Notes under the pieces: model-generated
Database searches by the model: none
What the model saw: the letters and a program-made list of their open reading frames with translations, nothing else
Told to the model about the DNA's origin: nothing
Program-made: the position numbers and the translations under genes
Shown here: one piece after another, positions 1-10,124 of the stretch
Numbering within the stretch: the stretch's first letter is position 1
Layout of the letters: each line of letters opens with the position of its first letter
IMG/VR virus record: IMGVR_UViG_3300042391_001376
Location: 140,905-204,904 of that record
Length of the DNA stretch: 64,000 nt
Direction: 5' to 3' (one strand)

Positions 1-135
1 ACCACGGCCAGCCTGGAACCCAATACCCGCAGTTATCCCAGGAAGATTCTCTAACGTTCTTGCATACAGAGGAGTTTCAAGCATCTCGTCTTGGGTATAA
101 GGCTTTGGCATTCCTGTCATTGGATCAATTGGCAT
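1..135 (-). CDS. partial hypothetical protein (runs off window start), probable virion/late protein
   Basis: ATG at 135 overlaps the stop of the upstream ORF; open frame MPIDPMTGMPKPY... to the window edge. Confidence 0.6.
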   Translation of the reverse strand, partial: MPIDPMTGMPKPYTQDEMLETPLYARTLENLPGITAGIGFQAGRG

Positions 136-878
136 TAGTAACTCTTCCTTGAATTATGCATTCCGAGAACTATGTCTCCTGAAGCGTTTAATGCTTGAGC
201 TGTTGCAAGTGAAGTGCTGTATGGGCTACTTGATAGTAGTTGTCTATTATCTCTTACTCTTGACATCGCCATGCCAGGCACTACAGCAGCGCCCCCGAGG
301 CCGCCTATTGTTGCCCCGATTGCAGTTCCTATGGCTGCTTTTTTAAAACTTTTTCCATGACCATAACCCAAACCACCTATTGCTCCACCCACAGCTGCAC
401 CAATGCCTGCTGTGGCGAGATTTGCTCCTACAGTAGGATCTGGTCCATAAACACTAAAAGTATCGCTCATACCCCCACCTGAGGCCCCAACCGCTGCTCC
501 GATTGCCCCTGCTCCAGCAATCATAGTTCCTCTGCCCATGCCATACCCAGCTAATTTGCCAAGTTCTGCGCCTTTAGGTATTAACTTTGCTGCTGCCCCG
601 CCACCAATTAATCCGCCAATTGCCATAGCTCCAAGGCCAAGGCTAACAGCACCAGCTGTACCGTGAGTCGCTGCTGCTCCCAAAAATCCACTAGACATAG
701 GTCTCCCCATGAATGTTTCATCTGCATACGGATCGTTGAAGGCTGCATCTAAAACTGCTTCTTTAGCTGATGGACCTATGCCCTTTGCGACGCCGGCCAA
801 ACCAATTGCGCCCATAGCTAAGCCAGTCGTTCCGCCAAACTTACTTCCAACTTTTGCTCCAACATTTAATAAACCCAT
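135..878 (-). CDS. Gly/Ala-rich hydrophobic protein (glycine-zipper-like), probable internal virion protein
   Basis: 247-aa ORF with many GxxxG segments, tightly packed in the minus-strand operon; function is inference. Confidence 0.6.
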   Translation of the reverse strand: MGLLNVGAKVGSKFGGTTGLAMGAIGLAGVAKGIGPSAKEAVLDAAFNDPYADETFMGRPMSSGFLGAAATHGTAGAVSLGLGAMAIGGLIGGGAAAKLIPKGAELGKLAGYGMGRGTMIAGAGAIGAAVGASGGGMSDTFSVYGPDPTVGANLATAGIGAAVGGAIGGLGYGHGKSFKKAAIGTAIGATIGGLGGAAVVPGMAMSRVRDNRQLLSSSPYSTSLATAQALNASGDIVLGMHNSRKSY

Positions 879-883
879 TTAAT

Positions 884-3800
884 TTATCCTCCAAATAAAT
901 GAGCGTGTTTTTTTGAACTCATATTATGATGGCCAATTTTATTTCTATCCAAATTCCCAACAACTCCAGCAGTAACAAGCGGATCTCTTCTATATGAAGA
1001 AAGACTAGCTTGAGGTTGCATTGTTTGTCTCATCATTTCACCATTAGACACCTTTTGTGTTATTGGCTGTTGCTGTATTGTTTCGTCGTAAATTTGGTTT
1101 TCTTTATGCCTACCATACATATAGTAACCAACTCCTGCTGCAAGTATGCCGGCACCAGTCCCATAAATTGATTTTTTATTTTCTATAAAAAAGTTTAAAG
1201 CTTTATTTTCACCAAAACCAAGCCTAGATCTAGTCATAACTTTTCTAGCTTCTGCAGCCGTACCATCCTGGCTTAAAATATCTGCTGCTTTATTAAGCGA
1301 GTTAATGACACCCTTATTGGTTTCTTCCATTCTTCCGGAAACTCCAGCTGCTGCCAATGTTGCTTCATCGGCAAAAGCTGAAACCCTAACGGTATCGCCA
1401 ACTACATCTAGGTGTGATGCTCTTTCTGTTATTAGTTTATCGTTGATTAAATCCCAGCCAGCTCTTAATAAACTCTTAATTGTTCCTTCTGCCCTTGCTC
1501 CACTCTGAGTAGCATATCCTATCCCTCCTTCTTGGAAACTTGATGCCAGGACTCCCACTAAATGACCTTTATCTTTCCCAGATAAATCCATAGATGCTTG
1601 AAATTCTGCCCCTAAATTCTGAAGAGCTCTTACCTTACTAACACCTTCTTCTACTCCAACATCTGTTGCTCTTGCCGTATGTGCTGCCAAAGCGTCATCT
1701 ACAAGTTGCGCTGCTATTGCTTCATAATCTGTAGATTTTGCTTCTGAACCTAATTGCCAAAAAAGATTTATTGTATTTTGATTTTCATTATTTTTAAGTA
1801 CGCTTAAAGAAACTTTTCCTTTTTGCATTGCGTTTTCGCCAATAGTAGATTTTATTGATTCACTATTTAATACATCTTGCAAAACTTCTGTTGGCAAAAA
1901 TACTCTTGATCCAACTTCTATAGAAGACCCTGTTGAAGCCTTTAGCCCGAGGTAAGCTTCTTTTTGTGTTTGGAAATGTGATATACCTGTTTCAGATAAT
2001 ATATCCATATAAGAAGAATAATTTAGACTTTCTAACTGAGCCTTCAAAGAAGCTCTTACTTCCTCGCTTATTCCTTCTTGACTAAGTCTGTTTGCAATAG
2101 TTGTTCTAGCTAATTCTGCGTTAGCTTGTGTGCCTTCGGACATGATTGTGCTAAATACTCTACTCTTTGCGTCAAGAAAATCGTAGCCAATTCCACTTTT
2201 GCCAGCTGCTTTCGATGCATCTAGTGTTCTTACTAAGTAATCATCTAAGCTGTTAACTCCAAAACCGAGTTGAAAAGGAGCTTCTGCTGATCTTCCACCT
2301 ATGCTTATTTTTACTGCTTCAGATAGAGTTGGAGCAGAAGAGAAATTCTTATACACTTTTCCTATAGATCCAAGTATACTTTCTTTGGTTATTTCTCCAG
2401 AAGCTGACTCCCCAACAGCTTGTGTTATTCTTCTTATTTCTTGTATTCTACTTTCTTGACCATACGTAATGCCAAAGTTGGCAATCGAATTTATTGCATC
2501 TGCGTTGCCAGACCTTGCTGCGACTATAGTTCTTCTAACCTCATACGCTCCTCTGTCTGCGCTACCACCCATGTAGTCAATAACACCCTCTGGAGAATGT
2601 TGGACAAATTTAGCTTGAGTCGTATCATACCTAATGTAACCTTTTGTCACATCTTTGTCTGCAAACATTGTTACATTTTTAGTTCCTTCATCTGTTAAAA
2701 GGTAATTAAAAGTTGCTTCAGACAAATGTTGTACATCAGCTATATTTTTGGTTGGAACATTAGCGCTAGATCTATAAATTTTTCTTCTCATATTGTCGGC
2801 TATTTGCTTTGCATCTTCTGACAAAGCTTCGTATACGGAACTACTTCTTCCTCCTCCTGGCCTAGCCAATTGAAGTCTTTCCTTATCTGACGTTGTATAT
2901 CTAAAAATAAAACTTTGCAAAAGTGTGTCATTATCTGCTAAGTGAGAACCTCTTTGCATTTTGTCAAGTAACATTATTGCTGCTTCATCTCCGGCTTCTG
3001 CGTCTCTTACTATTCTAGCTGTGAGATCGGTATTTAAAGACATTGCTTCTACAGATGAATATGCTGCTCCGCCACCAACTTTTACATCAGCCATTGTTTC
3101 TGGAGAATACATAAACTGTCTATGAAGTTCAGCTACTTTAGAATCAGTTCTTGTTATGCCAGTTCTTGCAAATTCATCATCGACAGCTTTATTGACTAAA
3201 TCATTCATGTATGATCTATTATATTCTAGTGTGTCAACAAGTAAAGTTTCCCCACTTTTAATTCTAGAATGCAATCTTTCAATTGCAGCTTTTGCTTCAG
3301 AATGAGAAGAGTAACCCCCCATTTGTTTCATTGTTCCAGTTAACTTTTGAATATCAAAATTAATATTATGACCTGCAATAACTGAATTGGATTCAACTAG
3401 ATTATTGATTAATTTTACTCCTTCATCAAGAAAGTCTTTTCCACCATTTTCTGAACCAACAACTTTTCCAGAAGAAAATAAGTTTACAAAAGGATTACCT
3501 TCTCCATACATTAACCCATTGAGTTGCGGTGATTTAAAGCTTGTATTTAATCCTGCTGATATCTTTCCACTGCTTGCTATATCCGCTGTAGCCATTTGAA
3601 CTATTTGTGAATTTCTAAATATTCCAGAAGTTTCAACGTCAAACATTTTTACTGATCTACCAGCAATAACTTCTGACATATTCCTCAATACAGTTTCACC
3701 GGTTATTTCATCTATCTTAAACATCTGACTTAAAGCTCTATGTCCCATAAGATTAGAAGTTCCAACATTAAATGCTTCAAAACCAGATTTATTTGGATTT

Positions 3801-4275
3801 ACGTTAAACATTGTTCTATTCAAAACAACTTGAGCTGGATTCAATAATCCGTTCTTCTGTGTCTACGCCATATCTAAATGCATGCCTGTATCTGTTGCTT
3901 GAAGGCATTTGTATACCAGGATTGCCTATATCCCTAAACATTTTTGGTAGCCTGAGAACATCTTCTCTATATTCTCTTTCAAGCATGGTCTTTGCTTCCG
4001 CGTTTAATATGTCTAGATTTATTGCGCCACCATTCATTATAAAATCTAAATCAACACCTTGCGCTTTGCCAACATCTAAATTTTTTAAAAGTTCCGACTG
4101 ATATCTTTTCTCAAACTGAGAATATCTTTCCAAAAAATCTTTACCAGTTCCGGTAAACACTATTAGCAGATGAACTACTTATCCTGCCAAAAAAAGAACC
4201 TTTAGTTCCAGTATTGCGCAGTGCGTTAGCTAATAAGTTAGACGGGTGCGTGCTGAAGTCATTGATTATCGCCAT
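884..4275 (-). CDS. large protein with DEDDh (DnaQ-like) 3'-5' exonuclease domain and C-terminal hydrophobic segment; split by two apparent +1 frameshifts
   Basis: ExoI FDVETSG, ExoII GHNINFD and ExoIII HLADND in ORF 884..3844; upstream pieces 3816..4160 and 4141..4275 (ATG GCG ATA ATC, AGAGG upstream) join in successive +1 frames. Confidence 0.7.
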
Positions 4276-5008
4276 TTGGCGGAGCCTCTAATTCTTTACT
4301 AGATGCTTCAATATAATCATCAACTTCATATGTTCCAAGTTTTTGTCTTAACAATTTTTCTTTTTCAATTTGCACAGATTGTACCTTATATAGAATATCA
4401 GATATAGCCTGTGCGCTGTCTGCTTGCATTTGACCAGCTTTAGCTTTAGCTTCTCTGGTTGCAAGAAGTTGATTACGTAAATCTTTTCTTCTCTTATGCA
4501 ATCTATCTTCCAGCTCAACTGCCATGTGTAGTTCTTTCTTTAATATTGGACTACCCTCTTGATCAACTCCAATAATGTTTTCTTGAATAAAATGTTCTTT
4601 AGCCAATAACTTTGTCTTACGAAGATATTGCACTTCTTGATCCACAAGATCTCTAATCATTGAAACTTCAATTAAATTATCAGAATGAACATCTAGCTGT
4701 TCCATATATTCAGCAGTGAACTGTGCAACCATCGCCATTTCTATCGGACATGGTTTTCCTTTCGGAGCAAGATTTTCTTTTAATAAAGGACATGTCGCTG
4801 CAAAAATGCATTTGATAGATTCACAATTCATAGGTATTGAAGAAAACATCGTTGACCTAGTTTTTTGAGGCCTTATTAATTCAACAGCTTTTGTTCTTTC
4901 TTCATCAGTCCAATTTTCTGGAAAAAATAAATCTGGACGAAGTGATTCAAAGCTTTTTAAAAATTGTTCTTTATCATTAAACTTTTGTATATCAGCCATT
5001 AAAATCAA
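4259..5008 (-). CDS. hypothetical protein with Cys cluster and coiled-coil C-terminus
   Basis: 249-aa ORF; CxxxxCxxxxxC...PCP followed by helical charged region. Confidence 0.7.
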   Translation of the reverse strand: MILMADIQKFNDKEQFLKSFESLRPDLFFPENWTDEERTKAVELIRPQKTRSTMFSSIPMNCESIKCIFAATCPLLKENLAPKGKPCPIEMAMVAQFTAEYMEQLDVHSDNLIEVSMIRDLVDQEVQYLRKTKLLAKEHFIQENIIGVDQEGSPILKKELHMAVELEDRLHKRRKDLRNQLLATREAKAKAGQMQADSAQAISDILYKVQSVQIEKEKLLRQKLGTYEVDDYIEASSKELEAPPNGDNQ

Positions 5009-5174
5009 TCCAATCAGAGCTATAAAATTCGGAACCTTTAAAACATTCTATTAAAGCACAAACGCAATTATTACAAAAGTACTCTTTCTTAGACTCGACC
5101 GAAAGTTTTCCATATTCGACAAATCTTTCTTCAGTCATTAACTCCATGCGATAATCGCAACGAGGGCAAAACAT
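4992..5174 (-). CDS. small zinc-ribbon protein
   Basis: CPRC...CNNC, 60 aa, operon packing. Confidence 0.65.
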   Translation of the reverse strand: MFCPRCDYRMELMTEERFVEYGKLSVESKKEYFCNNCVCALIECFKGSEFYSSDWIDFNG

Positions 5175-5176
5175 AA

Positions 5177-5593
5177 TTAACTAATATCTTCTAAAAGCTT
5201 CATTAAACCTTTTTGAAGTTTTTCTTGAACTTCGCTATCTTGCATAGCGTTAACAAAAGTGCTTACTTCTCTCATTTCATCTGGAGATAAATAGGAAGAT
5301 ATTTTATATCTTGAACCTTTACAGACATCACAGTAAGGCTCTGATCTATCAACGTAGCAAACACATTTTTCTAGAATGTCAAAATACTCTAACGCATCTG
5401 CTATGTTTAACCATTTGTTCTTAAATAATTTTTTTGTTTGCTCTTTATAAGCCCTCAGCTTATATTGATCATTAGACAACAATGTTCCCATGTCTAAAGA
5501 ATTTTTCATCAATTCATTAATGCTTTTATACAAAAAATTTGCTAGTTGAAAATCACCATTAACATCTGTATAACTCTTCCAATCATTCATCAC
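5177..5593 (-). CDS. hypothetical protein with CxC...CxxC
   Basis: 138-aa ORF, operon packing. Confidence 0.7.
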   Translation of the reverse strand: MMNDWKSYTDVNGDFQLANFLYKSINELMKNSLDMGTLLSNDQYKLRAYKEQTKKLFKNKWLNIADALEYFDILEKCVCYVDRSEPYCDVCKGSRYKISSYLSPDEMREVSTFVNAMQDSEVQEKLQKGLMKLLEDIS

Positions 5594-5611
5594 ATTTCCT
5601 AACTTTTTTAC

Positions 5612-6016
5612 TTATGGGTTTCTACCTGATCCTGGCCTTGCCCTTGTCATTGGACTTGGGCCACCTCTTGATCCACTACTTCTACCATTATACATGCCCA
5701 TTGTTCCAAGGCCAATGGCTCCAGCTGCATATCTTCCCCCAACTTGTCTTTGTCTTGCAGAAACAAGCGAATCTCTAGTGGCGACTTTTCTACCCATAGC
5801 CACTCTCTCTGCCGGGGAAAGGCCACCCATGCCAACTCTAGCCCCAGTATCGGCGCCCCTTCTTGCTGCTGTACCTGGCCTCATTCTTCTGCCAACTTTA
5901 GCACCTAAACGTTCTACCCTGGCACCGCCGCGATCAACGTGTCTTGCAGCCGCTCCTGCACCTAAACCAAGTTTATCTAAAACATATGGAAGTTTTTTAC
6001 CTGGTAAAGCTGGCAT
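5612..6016 (-). CDS. basic Arg/Gly-rich small protein
   Basis: 134-aa ORF directly downstream of 6018..6224. Confidence 0.6.
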   Translation of the reverse strand: MPALPGKKLPYVLDKLGLGAGAAARHVDRGGARVERLGAKVGRRMRPGTAARRGADTGARVGMGGLSPAERVAMGRKVATRDSLVSARQRQVGGRYAAGAIGLGTMGMYNGRSSGSRGGPSPMTRARPGSGRNP

Positions 6017-6017
6017 G

Positions 6018-6224
6018 TTAGTAGTTCCTTATTCCTTTTTGTGAACCTGGCATTCTTTGCCCAGTTCCAGAACCTCTACGGCCCCTCATGGCCCCATAGC
6101 CAAAAACTGCTCCAGCTCCAATGGCCATGCTCTTCTTAGGGTTTTTTTTGATGGCTGCGCCAATTGATCGACCACTAGTTTTTGTGCGAGCAACTGCTCC
6201 AGAAAGTCTTGTTGCTTCTCCCAT
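6018..6224 (-). CDS. basic Gly-rich small protein with a hydrophobic segment
   Basis: 68 aa, AGGAG RBS upstream. Confidence 0.65.
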   Translation of the reverse strand: MGEATRLSGAVARTKTSGRSIGAAIKKNPKKSMAIGAGAVFGYGAMRGRRGSGTGQRMPGSQKGIRNY

Positions 6225-6268
6225 AGAAACTCCTAATCTAATACTTAATATTAATAGTAATGACTCAG

Positions 6269-7684
6269 TTATGTGGTTTTTACTTTTTTAGCTGGTTTAA
6301 TAACTGTAAAGTGAAAGTTGTCATCCAAATAGTCTAAAGTAAATGTTGTACCTTTAGGAACTGATGTATTGACTATAGTCTTGGCTAATGAGGTTTCTAT
6401 CTTATCTCTACGAACTTGAGCCAATCCTCTTGCCCCCTTGACAGTATCAATTCCTCTGTCAATCAAACCATTGATAACATTTTGATTATATTCAATATTA
6501 AAACCTTTTTTGTTTAATTTGTCAGAAATTATTCGCATTTCTAATTCAGCTATTCTTTCGCAGTCAGCTCTAGTTAAATGATTAAACACAACAACTTTAT
6601 CAATTCTATTTAATAATTCAGGTCTAAAGTATTTTCTTGCTGCGTCCATCGTATTTCTTTCAACCATAGACTTTAGCGGAATAGCGGATGTGGACCCCTG
6701 ATAATTTACATTCTTATTAAAACCTGTTCCAGTGCCAATCATATGATCTACTGTTTTTTCGTTACCAAGATTAGTTGTTAATATTATTATCGTATTTCTA
6801 AAGTCTACTTTTTCACCTTTGCCATCAGTAATAACTCCTTCGTCAAATACTCTTAAAAATGTATTCCAAATATCTGGATGAGCTTTTTCTACTTCATCTA
6901 TCAACACTACTGAGTTAGGATTTTTCTGGATCTGGTTAACCAACTGTCCACCCTCATCATGGCCGACATACCCTGGCGGTGAACCTATTAGCTTTTGGTT
7001 CTCATGTTTTTGTTGGAATTCACCACAATCTATTCTTACCATCGGATAATCTAATGTAAATAAATATTCATGCAACGTTCTTGCTAGATGCGTCTTACCT
7101 ACGCCTGAAGCGCCGGCAAACATAAAAACACCTAATGGTCTATTAGAATCATTTAAGCCAGCTTGAGATCTAATCAATGCTTCGCAAATGGATTCTACTG
7201 CTTCGTCTTGGCCGATAATACTATTCTTAAGATGATGTTCTAATCCAAGAAACTTTTGTTTACTTATCTTCTTGGCAGTTTGTACTGCTTTATCTTGCCC
7301 CTTAGAACTTTTCTTGTCTTTTACTTTACTGAGTATATTTTTTAGTTCTTCAAAGTTTCTATCTGTAGATAGATCATATTCTTCAGCACCAAATGAATAA
7401 GCAATAGCAACCCAGTAATCTATGTCCAAACCAGGGTTTAGCATTACACATCCCGTATACAAGGCTTCTACGCATCTTTCTGCATCTGGTCTAGACATCA
7501 ACCCCAATGCTTGGGATATTTCTGTTTTTAAATTAAAAATTACATATTGAAGAACTTTTCTTCTTCGTTCTTTTTCTGTCTTGGCATTCACTTGTGAAAC
7601 AAACGATTCTATTTCTTCTGGTTCTAATACTTTGTATTTAACGTATGCGTTAAGATCCGGAACATATATTTGGTATATCTTCAT
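6269..7684 (-). CDS. Clp-family AAA+ ATPase (ClpA/B/C second-module-only) with phage-specific N-terminal domain
   Basis: IIGQDEAV, RPLGVFMFAGASGVGKT (Walker A), KLIGSPPGYVG, LIDEVEKAHP, FRPELLNRID, GARGL. Confidence 0.92.
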   Translation of the reverse strand: MKIYQIYVPDLNAYVKYKVLEPEEIESFVSQVNAKTEKERRRKVLQYVIFNLKTEISQALGLMSRPDAERCVEALYTGCVMLNPGLDIDYWVAIAYSFGAEEYDLSTDRNFEELKNILSKVKDKKSSKGQDKAVQTAKKISKQKFLGLEHHLKNSIIGQDEAVESICEALIRSQAGLNDSNRPLGVFMFAGASGVGKTHLARTLHEYLFTLDYPMVRIDCGEFQQKHENQKLIGSPPGYVGHDEGGQLVNQIQKNPNSVVLIDEVEKAHPDIWNTFLRVFDEGVITDGKGEKVDFRNTIIILTTNLGNEKTVDHMIGTGTGFNKNVNYQGSTSAIPLKSMVERNTMDAARKYFRPELLNRIDKVVVFNHLTRADCERIAELEMRIISDKLNKKGFNIEYNQNVINGLIDRGIDTVKGARGLAQVRRDKIETSLAKTIVNTSVPKGTTFTLDYLDDNFHFTVIKPAKKVKTT

Positions 7685-7783
7685 TTTGTGCTCCGTTCAT
7701 GTTTTAAAAATTAAGATTCTATATATTAATATAATATATTATTATATATATACATATTATTTATAACATATATGTATATAGTA

Positions 7784-7804
7784 AGGGGGTAGGGGGTAGG
7801 GGGT
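7784..7804 (+). repeat. three tandem AGGGGGT repeats next to a ~70-bp almost pure A/T tract
   Basis: AGGGGGT x3 at 7784-7804, preceded by a TA-rich run at ~7715-7780. Confidence 0.85.
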
Positions 7805-7842
7805 AAAATCCCAGTCTACTATTTTTTCATCTCTACTTCAAG

Positions 7843-8004
7843 TCACTTGCCAATTTTCTTTATGTTTTCTATTTCAGGCTGTCCTTCATCACAAGGTCCC
7901 GCGTATGCCCAGTACTTAACAAGGTCAGTTACGTTATTAAATCTATTCTTAAGCAAATATACTGCTCTGTAAAAATTGTCATCTAATTCTATTTTGCGTT
8001 GCAT
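7843..8004 (-). CDS. small hypothetical protein (53 aa)
   Basis: manually translated MQRKIELDDNFYRAVYLLKNRF...; below the ORF-track cutoff. Confidence 0.5.
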   Translation of the reverse strand: MQRKIELDDNFYRAVYLLKNRFNNVTDLVKYWAYAGPCDEGQPEIENIKKIGK

Positions 8005-8069
8005 TTTGTATCCCATCTGTATATAATTTCTTGTAGTAATTATACCATCTAGATTAGGAGACCCTCACA

Positions 8070-8249
8070 ATGAGCAAAACAATAAAGCCATCATTTACTT
8101 ATCTTAAGCAGTTAACTAAGTTGCGCGAACAAGTAAGACAATCAATGCTTGGTCAAGATCCACAAACTCAAGCTGAACTTAGATTTGTTGAAGCTAAAGT
8201 TGTGGACAAGATGAAGGAAGTCCAAGCAGCTTTAGCATTGAAAGTATGA
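8070..8249 (+). CDS. small hypothetical protein (59 aa)
   Basis: AGGAG RBS, MSKTIKPSFTYLKQL..., ends just before recA. Confidence 0.6.
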   Translation: MSKTIKPSFTYLKQLTKLREQVRQSMLGQDPQTQAELRFVEAKVVDKMKEVQAALALKV

Positions 8250-8261
8250 TAGAATATCTCT

Positions 8262-9248
8262 ATGGATGAATCAAAAACTTTAGAAGTAATCATCGCTCAA
8301 TTAGAGCGTCAATTTGGTGCCGGATCCGTAATTACTCTCGGGTCTACCAATGTGCAAAAATGGCCTTGTATCCCCACCGGTGCTGCTACGCTAGATAATA
8401 TTCTCGGTATAGGCGGCTTACCTAGAGGGAGAATAGTGGAAATATATGGACCAGAGTCTTCTGGCAAATCCACCATTGCTCTTACTGTTATTACAGAAGC
8501 CCAAAAAATGGGCTTGAAGTGCGCTTATATAGATGCCGAGCATGCTTTAGACCCAATTTACATGACCGCTTTAGGCGTGGATTTAGATAAGTTAATCTTT
8601 TCTCAACCAGATTACGGCGAGCAAGCTTTAGAAATAGTTGACCGTCTTGTACGCTCAGGTGAAGTGGGAGTTGTCGTAATTGACTCTGTTGCTTCACTCA
8701 TTCCAAAAGCAGAGCTAGAAGGTGAGATGGAGTCCGCTCAGATGGGCCTACAAGCTCGTCTAATGGCCAAAGCGATGCGAAAGCTAGTTTCGGCCGCATC
8801 CGAGACAAAAACGCTCCTATTGTTTATAAATCAGTTGCGCAACAAAATTGGTGTTATGTTTGGTAATCCCGAAACCACTCCTGGTGGTATGGCTCTTAAG
8901 TATGCTGCCTCGGTACGCATTGACTTGCGTAAGAAGGAAGATCTTAAGGATAAATCTGGTGAGGCAATAGGAATCAAGGTTAAGGCTAAGATTATTAAAA
9001 ACAAAATGGCTCCTCCACTAAAAATTACAGAATTTGACATTCTTTACGGTAAGGGCGTGGATCAATTTGGCTGCTTGTTTGATCTTGCTTTGGGCCAAGG
9101 TATGTTCACTCAAAAAGGTGCTTGGGTTTATCTTGATGGTGAAAACTTTGCTCAAGGTAGAGACAACGCTGTAGAAAAATTAAAATCTAGAGAAGATCTT
9201 ATTATTAAGATTAAGTCTAACCTAGAGGTTAAATCACCCAATTTATAA
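8262..9248 (+). CDS. recA: RecA recombinase
   Basis: GGLPRGRIVEIYGPESSGKST, DAEHALDP, FINQLR, GNPETTPGG, KNKMAPP. Confidence 0.98.
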   Translation: MDESKTLEVIIAQLERQFGAGSVITLGSTNVQKWPCIPTGAATLDNILGIGGLPRGRIVEIYGPESSGKSTIALTVITEAQKMGLKCAYIDAEHALDPIYMTALGVDLDKLIFSQPDYGEQALEIVDRLVRSGEVGVVVIDSVASLIPKAELEGEMESAQMGLQARLMAKAMRKLVSAASETKTLLLFINQLRNKIGVMFGNPETTPGGMALKYAASVRIDLRKKEDLKDKSGEAIGIKVKAKIIKNKMAPPLKITEFDILYGKGVDQFGCLFDLALGQGMFTQKGAWVYLDGENFAQGRDNAVEKLKSREDLIIKIKSNLEVKSPNL

Positions 9249-9262
9249 GGTACAATTATATT

Positions 9263-10120
9263 ATGTCTATGTATAAAGAATCTTTTAGAAAAAATCCAAA
9301 TATAAAACAATTAGCTCCTAAATTGTTTATATATAAAAATTTTATAAAAGATGATTTATTAAAAAAAATAAACTCTATTTTAAAAGAACATTTAAAAGAC
9401 TCAAACATTCAACATAATCAAGATTGGTACAACTCAAGAGTTACCCCGTTAATTCCTGAGATGCATGAGGTTTGGGAAAAAGCCAGTGAGTTGCTCTACC
9501 CGGAGCTTTCTATGCATCCACAACTTTCCTTATTAAGGTCCAAGGTTGGTCAACCAGGCATGTATCATCATGCAGATGCTCCTGGGGCAGTTCATGAAGA
9601 TTGTGGTCCAGTTTGTGAAACATGTGATATATCTTCAAGGGTTTTAATTTCTCCGGATATGTGGGGCACGTGTTGCCGTCTTCATTATGGGTTAATTGTT
9701 TATTTTGGAGATTTTGAAGGTGGAGAAGTATATTATCCAAATTTTAATAATAAACTAGAATTTGTAGGAGGACTTTTACCTCTTGATAATGGTGAAGAAC
9801 TTTTGGTTAAACCAGAAAATGGAGATTTAATAATTCATGGATCACATGGAGATTATTGCCATGGAGTTAAAGAAGTCACTAGCGGGGTGCGTTTTGCGTA
9901 CTCAAACTTTGTATTACCGTCGTCTAGTAACCCTGGTACATTTTTCTGTTACAAAACTGCAGAGTACGAACAGCAAATAAAAAATATAAAAGAAGATCCA
10001 CACAATAGATGGTCGACTTGGTGCACTCCTGTAAATGGATTTATTTGGGAGGAACCCCTGGAACTTATAGAGGAAAAGAAAAAGGGGATAACCGCTGTAA
10101 GATACAGGGATATTCATTAG
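9263..10120 (+). CDS. 2OG-Fe(II) oxygenase
   Basis: HAD motif, FEGGEVYYP, HGVKEVTSGVR. Confidence 0.85.
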   Translation: MSMYKESFRKNPNIKQLAPKLFIYKNFIKDDLLKKINSILKEHLKDSNIQHNQDWYNSRVTPLIPEMHEVWEKASELLYPELSMHPQLSLLRSKVGQPGMYHHADAPGAVHEDCGPVCETCDISSRVLISPDMWGTCCRLHYGLIVYFGDFEGGEVYYPNFNNKLEFVGGLLPLDNGEELLVKPENGDLIIHGSHGDYCHGVKEVTSGVRFAYSNFVLPSSSNPGTFFCYKTAEYEQQIKNIKEDPHNRWSTWCTPVNGFIWEEPLELIEEKKKGITAVRYRDIH

Positions 10121-10124
10121 TAAA

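Noticed and set aside
4259-5008. Terminase small subunit
   Set aside because: Size and helical character fit, but no diagnostic motif or adjacent large subunit in the window
8262-9248. Intein or intron in recA
   Set aside because: 328 aa, colinear with canonical RecA
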